Below are positions 9,510 to 18,626 of a DNA stretch of 64,000 nucleotides, piece after piece (position 1 is the first letter of the stretch; each line of letters starts with the position of its first letter). The position numbers and the translations under genes were made by a program. The DNA is taken from contig JAZNFF010000044.1 of the NCBI GenBank assembly GCA_045588995.1, positions 6,174 to 70,173 of the forward strand, written 5' to 3'. The DNA is from Acutalibacteraceae bacterium (lineage in GTDB: Bacteria; Bacillota; Clostridia; Oscillospirales; Acutalibacteraceae). The notes under the pieces are model-generated. The model made no database searches, was not told where the DNA came from, and saw only the letters and a program-made list of their open reading frames with translations.

Positions 9510-10628
9510 ATGCATATACTTTTTGCGGGCGGCGGTACAGCAGGTCACATTAATCCTGCCTTGGCTGTTGCAGGTTATATTAAAGAAAAGCATCCCGATG
9601 CTAAAATAAGTTATATTGGTACCGCTGATAAACTCGAAGCGCGTCTTGTACCCGAAAAGGGTTATGAATTTAGAACTATAGAGGTGGCAGGTTTTCAGCG
9701 CAAACCCACCCCCAAAAATTTGATAAAAAATATTTCTGCCGTTAAAAAGATGTTTACTTCATCAATGAAATCGGCAAAAATTCTTAAAGAACTTAATCCT
9801 GATGTTGTTGTAGGAACGGGCGGTTACGTAAGCGGTCCAGTGCTTCGTGAGGCGGCAAAACTCGGCTTTAAAACTGCAATTCACGAGCAAAATGCCTTCC
9901 CGGGTGTTACCACTAAAATGCTATCCAAAAATGTGGATAGAGTTATGCTTGCTATGCCCGAAGCGAGAAAGCATCTTAAGTTAACCAAAGAGCCAACCGT
10001 TACAGGTAACCCCGTAAGAACGGAACTTATGAAAATATCCCGCGAGGAAGCCAGAGCGAAACTTGGCCTCGATGAAAGACCGTTAATACTTTCTTTTGGC
10101 GGCTCTTTAGGTGCAAGACCCATTAATGAGGCGGTCGAGGAACTAATCGCCTGGCATAACGGCGGTAAAGAATTTTATCATATTCACGCTACGGGTAAAG
10201 TCGGCTTTAATGCATTTAGTTCTCATCTTAAAGAGAAGGGAATAGCGCTTTCCGATGAGGTTACGGTGAGAGAATATATTGACGATATGGATGTTTGTAT
10301 GGCGGCGGCAGATTTGGTTATATGCCGCGCGGGTGCGATAACCTTAAGCGAACTTTGTGTTTGCGGAAAACCATCTGTGCTTATTCCTTCGCCTTATGTA
10401 GCCGAAAATCATCAGTTCCATAACGCAAAAACCCTTGAAACCGCAGGAGCCGCAGAATTAATTGAGGAAAAAGACCTTTCGGGTGAGTCCCTGATAAAGG
10501 TTGTAAGCGGACTTATAGGTAATAAATCAAAACTTGAAAAAATGCAGAAATGCGCAAAAAAAATAGCAATTTCCGATGCAAATGAGCGCATTTATAACGT
10601 TATAATGCAACTTTATACAAACGCATAA
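9510..10628 (+). CDS. murG: undecaprenyldiphospho-muramoylpentapeptide beta-N-acetylglucosaminyltransferase
   Basis: 372 aa. Has the GGGTAGHINPALAV N-terminal motif and AGAITLSEL in the C-terminal domain. Confidence 0.95.
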   Translation: MHILFAGGGTAGHINPALAVAGYIKEKHPDAKISYIGTADKLEARLVPEKGYEFRTIEVAGFQRKPTPKNLIKNISAVKKMFTSSMKSAKILKELNPDVVVGTGGYVSGPVLREAAKLGFKTAIHEQNAFPGVTTKMLSKNVDRVMLAMPEARKHLKLTKEPTVTGNPVRTELMKISREEARAKLGLDERPLILSFGGSLGARPINEAVEELIAWHNGGKEFYHIHATGKVGFNAFSSHLKEKGIALSDEVTVREYIDDMDVCMAAADLVICRAGAITLSELCVCGKPSVLIPSPYVAENHQFHNAKTLETAGAAELIEEKDLSGESLIKVVSGLIGNKSKLEKMQKCAKKIAISDANERIYNVIMQLYTNA

Positions 10629-10701
10629 AGTTTTATTGGCAAAATTCTTAAATCTTCATAGTATAAAATGAAAAACTTTTTATGCTAGGGAGAGAAGTTT
10701 T

Positions 10702-11955
10702 ATGCCCAAACTTTACATAGAAGGAAATCACCGCATAAACGGTGAAATTAATGTTCAAGGCGCTAAAAACAGTGTTTTGCCACTACTTTCGGCAACTGTT
10801 TTATGTAGCGGAACATCGGTTATTAAAAATTGTCCGCAACTTTCCGATGTGGAAGCATCACTCAAAATCCTTCGCCATTTAGGTTGTATTTGCGAATTTG
10901 AGGGTAATACAGTAACCGTAAATGCGGATAATGTCAATAATTATGATATTCCCGAAGAACTTATGAGAGAAATGCGTTCTTCGGTTATGTTTCTCGGCGC
11001 AATACTCGGTAGGATGAAAAAGGCAATTATTTGCAGTCCGGGTGGTTGCGAATTGGGTCCCCGTCCAATAGATATTCATATTTCCGCTATTAAACAGTTA
11101 GGAGCAACCGTCAGTGAAGGTCACGGTTTTCTCGAATTTAATGCGGAAAAAGGTCTTGAAGGAAGAGAAATTACTTTAAGTTTTCCAAGCGTTGGAGCCA
11201 CCGAAAATATTATTCTTTCGGCGGCAACCGCAAAGGGAACAACCATTATAAGAAATGCCGCAAAAGAGCCGGAAATTAGCGATCTCGCCGATTTTTTAAA
11301 TAGCGCAGGGGCAAGAATTTACGGTGGCGGCTCTGATACGGTTATTATTCACGGTGTTAAGAGATTATATGGCGCGGAACACACCGTTATTCCCGATAGA
11401 ATTGCCGCTGTAACATATATGGCGGCCGCTGCAGTAACGGGCGGTGAAATCACCCTTAAAAATGTTATGCCCTCTCATTTTGTGTCGATTTCTTCAGCAT
11501 TTGAAGAAGCGGGATGCAAAATTGAGCCAATTGGTAAATCTCTAAAACTTTGGGCACCAAACCGACTTAAAAGAGTGCCGACAGTGAGGACACTCGTATA
11601 TCCCGGTTTTCCTACAGATGCAGGTCCCATACTCATTGCCGCTTTATCAAAAGCCAAGGGAACATCGGTTTTTGTAGAAAATATTTTCGAGAATCGATAT
11701 AGATATGTTGATGAACTTAACCGCCTTGGCGCCAGAATTAAGACCGAAGGCAGAGTAGCAGTGGTAGAAGGTGTAGAAAATCTTTCTGCTGCTAAGTGCA
11801 GATGTACCGACCTTCGAGGCGGCGCCGCCTTGGTGGTAGCGGCTCTTTCGGCTTCGGGAACCACGGAGATTGACCAGATTGAACATATTAAAAGAGGATA
11901 TGAAAATATAAGCGAAAACTTAAGAAAATTAGGTGCAGTAGCTTACGAGGAATAA
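10702..11955 (+). CDS. murA: UDP-N-acetylglucosamine 1-carboxyvinyltransferase
   Basis: 417 aa. Reads GAKNSVLPLL, and the catalytic Cys sits in the context PGGCELGPRPID. Confidence 0.95.
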   Translation: MPKLYIEGNHRINGEINVQGAKNSVLPLLSATVLCSGTSVIKNCPQLSDVEASLKILRHLGCICEFEGNTVTVNADNVNNYDIPEELMREMRSSVMFLGAILGRMKKAIICSPGGCELGPRPIDIHISAIKQLGATVSEGHGFLEFNAEKGLEGREITLSFPSVGATENIILSAATAKGTTIIRNAAKEPEISDLADFLNSAGARIYGGGSDTVIIHGVKRLYGAEHTVIPDRIAAVTYMAAAAVTGGEITLKNVMPSHFVSISSAFEEAGCKIEPIGKSLKLWAPNRLKRVPTVRTLVYPGFPTDAGPILIAALSKAKGTSVFVENIFENRYRYVDELNRLGARIKTEGRVAVVEGVENLSAAKCRCTDLRGGAALVVAALSASGTTEIDQIEHIKRGYENISENLRKLGAVAYEE

Positions 11956-11970
11956 AAAGGATGTGAAGAA

Positions 11971-12750
11971 TTGGCAAACCGTGAAATTAATGAAACCAAA
12001 GAAATGCGCCGAAAAAAGCGCCGAAAAAGACGATTAATCGTAGGTTTTCTCGTGTTTTTGTTTACAGCTTTAAGTGTTGCGGCGGTTTTATCTGTCACGA
12101 TTCTTTTTCCTATCAAAGTAGTTAAGGCAAAAGGCAGTAAGTTATATACCGAAAAACAAATTATTAAATCAAGCGGTATTACCGAAGATAATAATCTGTT
12201 CACCCTTTCTGCCGAGGCGGTTACGGAAAATTTAGTCCGTAATTTACCGTATGTAGAAAGCGTTGAACTTAAAAGGGAATTGCCCGATACCATTACCGTA
12301 ATCGTTAAAGATGCAAAAGAATATGCTTCTGTTTGTGTTGATGATGTTTACTATGTTATAAGTCAAGGCGGTAGGGTTATAAATGCTTATACCGAGCAAC
12401 CAATGAACACATTTTTGATTGAGGGTTGCTCCGTTAAATGCAAGGTTGGTCAAATGGCAGAATTTGACAGTTACGAAAACAAAAATACCATATTTGATTT
12501 GGCCTCAAAACTCGAAAAAGAAAACATTTTTATAAATAAAATCGATGTCTCTGATAAGTACAAAATTACTTTCACCGTTGAAGGTAGATTCAATGTTATT
12601 TTGGGTAGTGAAATCAATGCGGAAAAGAAAATTTTGCAACTCGGCTCAATGATAGAACATATGGATAAAAACGCTACCGGAAAGATAGATTTGAGCATCT
12701 GGACGGAGGAAAAAAGGGAAGTAAGTTTTGTCAAAGGGGATATCGAGTAA
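11971..12750 (+). CDS. ftsQ: cell division protein FtsQ/DivIB (POTRA domain)
   Basis: 259 aa with a TTG start. It has a basic N-terminus, one TM segment and a POTRA-like region (IKVVKAKGSKLYTEKQII). Its position just upstream of ftsZ fits. Confidence 0.75.
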   Translation: MANREINETKEMRRKKRRKRRLIVGFLVFLFTALSVAAVLSVTILFPIKVVKAKGSKLYTEKQIIKSSGITEDNNLFTLSAEAVTENLVRNLPYVESVELKRELPDTITVIVKDAKEYASVCVDDVYYVISQGGRVINAYTEQPMNTFLIEGCSVKCKVGQMAEFDSYENKNTIFDLASKLEKENIFINKIDVSDKYKITFTVEGRFNVILGSEINAEKKILQLGSMIEHMDKNATGKIDLSIWTEEKREVSFVKGDIE

Positions 12751-12864
12751 AAAATATTACAATTTTGTAATAAAAAGTGTTGCAATTTGAAAATATGTGT
12801 GATATTATTTATATGTATATTTAAATAGCGACCTTTTATGTTAAGAATATGGAGGAATTTTAAA

Positions 12865-13926
12865 ATGTCATTCGAAGTTACCGAAGAGATGGAAAATGTA
12901 GTTCAAATAAAAGTTGTAGGTGTCGGTGGAGGCGGCGGAAATGCTGTTAACCGCATGGTAGCCGCAGGTGTTAAGGGCGTTGAGTTTATTGCTATCAATA
13001 CCGATAAAGCAGCCCTTTTCCTTTCTCGCGCCGATAAGAAGGTGCAAATCGGCGATAAAACTACTGCAGGTATGGGCGCAGGCGGAAATCCTGATAATGG
13101 CCGCGCAGCAGCAGAAGAATCCAAGGATGAAATCGCAGCAGTTCTTCGCGATGCAGATATGATTTTCATTACCGCAGGTATGGGCGGCGGTACGGGTACA
13201 GGCGCTGCTCCCGTAGTTGCAGCTATTGCTAAAGAACTCGGTATCCTTACCGTTGGTATTGTTACCAAGCCCTTCGCTTTTGAAGGTAAGAAGCGTATGA
13301 CTCAGGCAGAAGCAGGTATTGCCGCTTTAGGCGAGCAGGTTGATAGCTTGGTTGTTATTCCTAATGAGCGTCTTAAATTCGTTTCTGAAGAAAAGATTAC
13401 CTTCAAGAACGCATTTATCATTGCCGATGATGTTCTCCGTCAGGGCGTTCAGAGCATCTCCGAACTTATCAATGTTACCGCTCTTGTTAACCTTGACTTT
13501 GCCGATGTAAGATCAATTATGGCAGATGCAGGTTACGCTCATATGGGCGTTGGTGTTGCTACAGGTCGCGATAAAGCCGAGCAGGCAGCTCGTATGGCTA
13601 TTACAAGTCCCCTTATCGAAACCTCTATGGATAATGCTCGCGGCGTTATCATCAGCATCACCGGTTCCGATGATATCGGCCTTGAAGAAGTTGAACTCGC
13701 TTCCTCTATCATCTCTGAAATGGCTCACGTTGATGCAACTATTATATGGGGTGCTCAGCTTGATGAGAGCTTGGAAGATACCATCCGCGTTACCGTTGTT
13801 GCAACCGGTCTTGGCGATGATAAGAGAAAGAGCAAGAATGATGATCTTGCCGCTCTTATGAGTGATTCAGGCGAAGATAACGATGAAGCTTTTGGCGATG
13901 TTATGAGCTTGTTCAATAAGAACTAA
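12865..13926 (+). CDS. ftsZ: cell division GTPase FtsZ
   Basis: Reads [17 protein letters not shown] and [12 protein letters not shown], the tubulin signature. The ATG at 12865 is preferred because GGAGG lies 8 nt upstream. The track ORF begins at 12838. Confidence 0.95.
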   Translation: MSFEVTEEMENVVQIKVVGVGGGGGNAVNRMVAAGVKGVEFIAINTDKAALFLSRADKKVQIGDKTTAGMGAGGNPDNGRAAAEESKDEIAAVLRDADMIFITAGMGGGTGTGAAPVVAAIAKELGILTVGIVTKPFAFEGKKRMTQAEAGIAALGEQVDSLVVIPNERLKFVSEEKITFKNAFIIADDVLRQGVQSISELINVTALVNLDFADVRSIMADAGYAHMGVGVATGRDKAEQAARMAITSPLIETSMDNARGVIISITGSDDIGLEEVELASSIISEMAHVDATIIWGAQLDESLEDTIRVTVVATGLGDDKRKSKNDDLAALMSDSGEDNDEAFGDVMSLFNKN

Positions 13927-13940
13927 TAATTAAAAATCAA

Positions 13941-13975
13941 AATCCCGAATCGTAATGATTCGGGATTTTTGTTTG
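13941..13975 (+). terminator. rho-independent terminator after ftsZ
   Basis: Stem AATCCCGAATC / GATTCGGGATT around a 5-nt loop, followed by a T-tract. Confidence 0.8.
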
Positions 13976-14090
13976 GTGTTTTTAGACGTGGAAATAAATC
14001 CCCAGTTCTACTGGGGGAAGATAAAAAAGTAGGGCTACAATAAACCGTGGCGAGGTGAGTGCCAAGCCACAAAGAAATATTGGAAAGAAT

Positions 14091-14151
14091 TAAACCTCCA
14101 AGTATAATGGTAGTGGTTTGGCGACCGCATTACCAAGGACTTGGAGGTTTA
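14091..14151 (+). promoter_or_regulatory. RBS-sequestering stem-loop in the tnpA leader
   Basis: A perfect 13-bp stem pairs TAAACCTCCAAGT (14091-14103) with ACTTGGAGGTTTA (14139-14151). The 3' arm contains the GGAGG Shine-Dalgarno of tnpA. IS200 is known to repress translation this way. Confidence 0.65.
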
Positions 14152-14154
14152 ATT

Positions 14155-14628
14155 ATGAAAGGAAACAATGAAATCAAAAGCACAGCCCACTCAAAATACA
14201 GATGTCAATACCATTTAGTTTTTGCACCAAAATACCGCAGAAAAGAAGTATACGGTAAGATAGGACAAGACATAGGAGAAATTTTGAGAAAACTATGTAA
14301 CCAAAAAGGTGTAGAAATCATTGAGGATGAGGCATGCCCAGACCATATACATATGCTAGTAAGCATACCGCCGTATATAAGTATAGCACAGTTTATGGGA
14401 TATCTCAAAGGAAAAAGTAGTTTAATGATTTTCGACCGACATGCAAATTTAAAATACAAGTACGGAAGTAGAAATTTTTGGTGTCGAGGATATTATGTAG
14501 ATACAGTCGGTCGAAATAAAAAAGTAATAGCTGAATATATAAAAAATCAGTTAGAAGGAGATTTTGCAGCAGAACAAATGAGCATAAAAGAATATATTGA
14601 CTCGTTTACGGGTGACAAGAGAAAGTAG
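14155..14628 (+). CDS. tnpA: IS200/IS605-family Y1 (HUH) transposase TnpA
   Basis: Reads YHLVFAPKYRRK, HIHMLVSIPP (the HUH motif) and RGYYVDTVG (catalytic Tyr region). The ATG at 14155 follows GGAGG. The upstream in-frame extension to 14059 runs through the leader hairpin. Confidence 0.92.
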   Translation: MKGNNEIKSTAHSKYRCQYHLVFAPKYRRKEVYGKIGQDIGEILRKLCNQKGVEIIEDEACPDHIHMLVSIPPYISIAQFMGYLKGKSSLMIFDRHANLKYKYGSRNFWCRGYYVDTVGRNKKVIAEYIKNQLEGDFAAEQMSIKEYIDSFTGDKRK

Positions 14629-14773
14629 GCAAAAAAAGACAGCCACACGTGAGCGGCTGCCCGAGATGGTAATGCGTTGCCAAACTTTTGAGGCCCTTTT
14701 TAGTGACCTAGCCAGTAGGCGCCCCTTATAGGGGCTGTGCATACCACTAGTTTACTAGTGGTTATGATTGCTA

Positions 14774-15637
14774 TTATAAAGAATTGGGGTTGCTCATGAT
14801 TTTTTTGGATAGTTCATCGAATGTGATAAATTCATATCCCAGTTTTTTTAACATAACAATTAATTGTTCAATGTGTCTGCGATATGAGGTAATTCCGTGG
14901 GTTAAATAGTATTTATCATAAAGTTTTAAGTTTTTAAGCACAGGAATTTTTTGCGTAGTTAATTCAAAGGGATGCAGATAAAAAATATAAAAATTATTCT
15001 TCAATAAGTATTGTTTGATGATTGATTTAATGAAATTCCAGTCACCAAGCCGAATGTATCCGCCTCCGGAGATAGGATATGATATACCGAGGGCTTTATA
15101 AAGCGATAAACCAAATTCAAAGAAATCGCCGTTTTGATAAATATCTTTGGATATTTCTTTAAAGTTTTCAAGTTGCATCTTTATTGTATGCCGCGCTTGA
15201 GGAAAATTTAGAAAACTTGAATCATATCGGAAACCCAATTTTTTAAGTATAGATAATCTCTGATTATCAATGCTGAAATAGGGCGCGCGGAAACCTCGGA
15301 TATCCGTATTAAAAATACGGCTTAATTCATTTTTTGCCTTTAAAACATTTGATTCAAATGCTTCAAAACTTTCATCTAAAGGCGCAATGTGGGCGTGACT
15401 GTGCAAAGCGAGTTCGTGACCGTTTTTAATACACTCTTTAAGTTTATGGGTGATTTGGGGAGCAAGAGTGGCAACGGTGAATAGGGTGGCCTTAATATTG
15501 TATTTATCAAGCAAATTGATATATTCATCAAACCCATCTAATAAATCACAATCAACTTCTTCGGTCGCGTTAGCGATGCACTCGGTATCTTTAAACGACT
15601 CCACATCAATGGTCAGTACGGCGTATTTCTTTCTCAT
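14774..15637 (-). CDS. polysaccharide deacetylase (CE4/NodB fold)
   Basis: 287 aa. Reads LTIDVESF (Asp motif), HSHAH (metal-binding His motif) and FRAPYF (RxPY motif). Confidence 0.8.
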   Translation of the reverse strand: MRKKYAVLTIDVESFKDTECIANATEEVDCDLLDGFDEYINLLDKYNIKATLFTVATLAPQITHKLKECIKNGHELALHSHAHIAPLDESFEAFESNVLKAKNELSRIFNTDIRGFRAPYFSIDNQRLSILKKLGFRYDSSFLNFPQARHTIKMQLENFKEISKDIYQNGDFFEFGLSLYKALGISYPISGGGYIRLGDWNFIKSIIKQYLLKNNFYIFYLHPFELTTQKIPVLKNLKLYDKYYLTHGITSYRRHIEQLIVMLKKLGYEFITFDELSKKIMSNPNSL

Positions 15638-15645
15638 AAAAAGCT

Positions 15646-16599
15646 TTAATCCCTAAAAAAATCTATAATGGCATTGTCATATTCTTCGGTATTATTTATG
15701 CGAAGATGCGAATGTCCGCCCTTTGAAAACCAAACGATTTTTTTGTCTTCAGCGGAACACGCCTTGAATAATTTTTGGGATTTTTCGGGTAGAGAGAAGA
15801 TATCCCTTTCGCCATATAAGAACAGTACACGGGCATCTTTTTTGATTTTTTTAATAGCGCGAATGGGTTTATCAACATAAACGTTGGTTTTTGTATGCCT
15901 ATTAATATGAAGCATAACAAGGTCTAAAACGGGGAATAGAGGGCGCTTATCGGCGATCATATGACGCTTGAAGGTTTCGCGGAAGGAAACAAAACAACCC
16001 TCGGTTACAAAGCCCTTAACAAACGAAGGACATTCCTTATTAATCATAGCGAAAATAGCGGAAGCAGTACCAATGCAGATACCATGATAGTAAATCTCCA
16101 AGTTCCCAAAATGCTCGTTGGCAAATTTTGACCACGCTATAATATCAGAGGACTCTTTAACTCCTATGGTATTATAGGTGCCGTCGCTTTTTCCGTGACA
16201 GCGAGTATCGATTACAAGCACATTAAAATTGGCCTTTTGGTAGGGGGGCGCAAAATAGTAGGAGTACATTAAGGATTCGCATCTTCCGGGAATAATTATC
16301 ACACAGCGTTTAGCGCCGAAATCGTAATATTCTCCGTAAAGTTTAAAACCTTCGTTTTCTATTTCCACTTCTTTAACTGCATCTTTATTAGCTTTAGCCC
16401 ATTCAATACCGCTATTCCACATTGCCAACTGTTCGGCATTGTCAGGCGCTGAACAAACTCGGCCCCACTTATTCTTATCTGTCCTTACAAGTTGTTCGCG
16501 GTATACCTTTTTTGAAATGGGTAGGGTATAAATCAGCATAAAAATTAATCCGCCTATTAAAAGCGCTAAAAGAATTAATATAATCAAAATAATTTCCAT
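15646..16599 (-). CDS. membrane-anchored alpha/beta-fold hydrolase with a G-x-C-x-G nucleophile elbow
   Basis: 317 aa with an N-terminal TM helix. Reads HGKSDG, an elbow YHGICIGTA with Cys where Ser is expected, and later GERD and GGHSH as candidate acid and His. It sits 8 nt upstream of the deacetylase gene. Confidence 0.7.
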   Translation of the reverse strand: MEIILIILILLALLIGGLIFMLIYTLPISKKVYREQLVRTDKNKWGRVCSAPDNAEQLAMWNSGIEWAKANKDAVKEVEIENEGFKLYGEYYDFGAKRCVIIIPGRCESLMYSYYFAPPYQKANFNVLVIDTRCHGKSDGTYNTIGVKESSDIIAWSKFANEHFGNLEIYYHGICIGTASAIFAMINKECPSFVKGFVTEGCFVSFRETFKRHMIADKRPLFPVLDLVMLHINRHTKTNVYVDKPIRAIKKIKKDARVLFLYGERDIFSLPEKSQKLFKACSAEDKKIVWFSKGGHSHLRINNTEEYDNAIIDFFRD

Positions 16600-16713
16600 A
16601 GTGTCACCTTGAAACAGGGTTTTTAAATTTAAGCCATTAAATGACTGTTTTTAACTTATGTATTAAGAGTATAACATATATATTTATGAAATTCTATAAA
16701 AAAGCGAAAATTG

Positions 16714-16742
16714 TTGAAAAAATTGTTTTTTTGTGGTATAGT
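16714..16742 (+). promoter_or_regulatory. sigma-A type promoter with extended -10 upstream of the degV/fakA operon
   Basis: TTGAAA at 16714-16719, a 17-nt spacer ending in TGG, then TATAGT at 16737-16742. Confidence 0.5.
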
Positions 16743-16781
16743 ATTTAACAAATTACTATAATGATTGTTTGAGGAGAAACT

Positions 16782-17717
16782 ATGGAAAATTATGTAATTA
16801 TATCGGATACATCTTGTGATCTTGTACGTCCACTAAGAGAAAGATTTGGCATTGATGACTATCTCGGCGGATTAGTATATATGCCTGATGGTAAGTGTAT
16901 AGTTTCGGATTTGGATTGGTATATTTATGACCCAAAAGAATTCTATGAATCTATGAAAAATAAAAATGTTGAGTATAAAACTGCTTGCGCTCCCGCAGGA
17001 GATATTTTTGATGTTTTTGAAAAACACTTGAAAAACGGTAAGGATATTTTATGTATTACTTTGTCTTCGGCCTTATCAGGTACATATCAGACCTGCGAAT
17101 TGGTTAAAAATCAACTTTTGGAAAAATATCCTGAAAGAAAAATAATTTGTGTTGATTCTATGAGATATTCTACTGCTTTGTCAATGCTTGTAATCGAAGC
17201 AGCCCTTAAAAGAGCAGAAGGGTTAACCCTCGAAGAAAACGCCGAATATATCGATAGCAATAAGCACCGCCTGCATCAATGCGGTACTATGGATGATTTA
17301 TTCTTCTTGTGTAAAACAGGCAGAATTTCTAATTTCAAAGCATTATTCGGTACGCTTGTGGGTATAAACCCAATTGCTGATTTTAACCGTAAGGGCCTTT
17401 CGGAAGTGCTTGGTAAATTCAAGGGCAAAAAAGCCGCTTTTGATGCTGTTATCAAATACATGAAGGAAACTATAAAAAATCCTGAAGATCAAATTATATT
17501 TGTTGCCCATTCAAATCGTCCTGCGCCCGCGCAACTTTTGAAGGAAATGATTATTAAAGAATTTAATCCTAAAGAGGTTATTATTAATCATGTTGGTATG
17601 TCCTGCGGAGCATCCATAGGCCCCGGACTTTGTGCCGCATTTTATTGGGGCGAAGAAATCAGCGAAGATATGGTCAGAGAAAAAGCAATTATGAATGAAA
17701 TTGTTAATGCCCAATAG
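16782..17717 (+). CDS. degV: DegV-family fatty-acid-binding protein (FakB-type)
   Basis: 311 aa. Has the typical DegV N-terminus VIISDTSCDL and the motif LSSALSGTYQ. Confidence 0.9.
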   Translation: MENYVIISDTSCDLVRPLRERFGIDDYLGGLVYMPDGKCIVSDLDWYIYDPKEFYESMKNKNVEYKTACAPAGDIFDVFEKHLKNGKDILCITLSSALSGTYQTCELVKNQLLEKYPERKIICVDSMRYSTALSMLVIEAALKRAEGLTLEENAEYIDSNKHRLHQCGTMDDLFFLCKTGRISNFKALFGTLVGINPIADFNRKGLSEVLGKFKGKKAAFDAVIKYMKETIKNPEDQIIFVAHSNRPAPAQLLKEMIIKEFNPKEVIINHVGMSCGASIGPGLCAAFYWGEEISEDMVREKAIMNEIVNAQ

Positions 17718-17736
17718 TTTTCAGAAGGAAAAGAAT

Positions 17737-18624
17737 ATGAGAGATTTTGTAATATTCGGTGATTCCACCTGCGATTTAAGTAAGGAATTGCGAGAGAAAT
17801 ATTCAATAAAATATATGGCTATGAATTTCACCGTTGATGACGTGGAATATGAGGCATCGCTTGATTGGGATGAAGCCGCCGCTAAGAATCATTATGATAT
17901 TATGCGCGGCGGAAAGAGGGTTTTTACAACCCAAGTTCCCAAAACTGTTTATTATGATAGTTTTAAATCTGCTTTAAGTGAAGGCAAGGATGTTTTATAT
18001 ATTTCTTGTTCCTCTGCATTGTCTGCATCTATTAATACTGCAAGAATTGTTGCAAAAGAACTAAAAGAGGAATATACGGATTTTCAAATTTGTTGCGTGG
18101 ATTCCCTTATAAGTTCACTCGGTCAAGGTTATCTTTTAATTGAGGCTGCAAAATGCCGTGATAACGGTATGGGTGCCGATGAAACCGCTAAATACATAGA
18201 GGATATCAGATTAAGAGTTAACCAGTGCGGTACGGTTGAATCAATGGAATATTTACGCCGCGCAGGCAGAGTTAAAGCATCCAAAGCATTTTTTGGCAAC
18301 CTTTTTGGTGTTAAACCCATAATTATTTCAGATATTAAGGGTCAGAATTATGCATATAAAAAGGTTAAGGGTACAATTAACGCCAGAGTTGCCATAGCAG
18401 ACCATATTGTTACTGCGGCAAACGGAAATTATGATACCCTTTTAATTTCTCATGCCGACTGTTTGGAAGATGCCATCCTTTTAAAAGATGAAATCTTAAA
18501 GAAGGCAGATTTCAAAGAAGTTATTTTGGGATATATCGGTCCTATCGTTGGAGCATCGGTTGGTCCCGGTACTGTTATTGCCTTTACTTTCGGCGAGGAA
18601 GTAAAGGTTGAGGGGAATGAATAA
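17737..18624 (+). CDS. degV: DegV-family fatty-acid-binding protein (FakB-type), second copy
   Basis: Reads MRDFVIFGDSTCDL... and SCSSALSASIN. The start is placed at the ATG at 17737, because the track ORF from 17695 overlaps the previous gene. Confidence 0.88.
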   Translation: MRDFVIFGDSTCDLSKELREKYSIKYMAMNFTVDDVEYEASLDWDEAAAKNHYDIMRGGKRVFTTQVPKTVYYDSFKSALSEGKDVLYISCSSALSASINTARIVAKELKEEYTDFQICCVDSLISSLGQGYLLIEAAKCRDNGMGADETAKYIEDIRLRVNQCGTVESMEYLRRAGRVKASKAFFGNLFGVKPIIISDIKGQNYAYKKVKGTINARVAIADHIVTAANGNYDTLLISHADCLEDAILLKDEILKKADFKEVILGYIGPIVGASVGPGTVIAFTFGEEVKVEGNE

Positions 18625-18626
18625 CC

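Larger units (their letters stand above)
13985..14765 (+). mobile_element. IS200/IS605-family insertion sequence, tnpA-only IS200 type (ends approximate)
   Basis: A Y1 transposase gene is flanked by subterminal hairpins. The left hairpin is CCCCAG-N5-CTGGGG at 14000-14016. The right hairpins are GCCCCTTATAGGGGC at 14721-14735 and ACCACTAGTTTACTAGTGGT at 14743-14762. No terminal inverted repeats are present, as expected for this family. Confidence 0.8.

Noticed and set aside
12757-12770. Palindrome TTACAATTTTGTAA upstream of ftsZ
   Set aside because: It is short, fully AT-rich and could arise by chance. No T-tract or known operator consensus is present.
12903-13268. 121-aa Pro/Ala/Thr-rich antisense ORF inside ftsZ
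   Set aside because: It is the mirror image of the Gly-rich GTP-binding region of FtsZ, so it is an artefact.
14059-14154. N-terminal extension of the IS200 transposase ORF (track start 14059)
   Set aside because: The extension runs through the leader hairpin. The ATG at 14155 has a proper GGAGG RBS and gives the normal TnpA length of about 157 aa.
13985-14765. Alternative reading of the IS as a domesticated REP-associated tyrosine transposase (RAYT)
   Set aside because: No flanking REP arrays are visible. The protein has classic IS200 TnpA motifs, and the element has an IS200-style leader hairpin.
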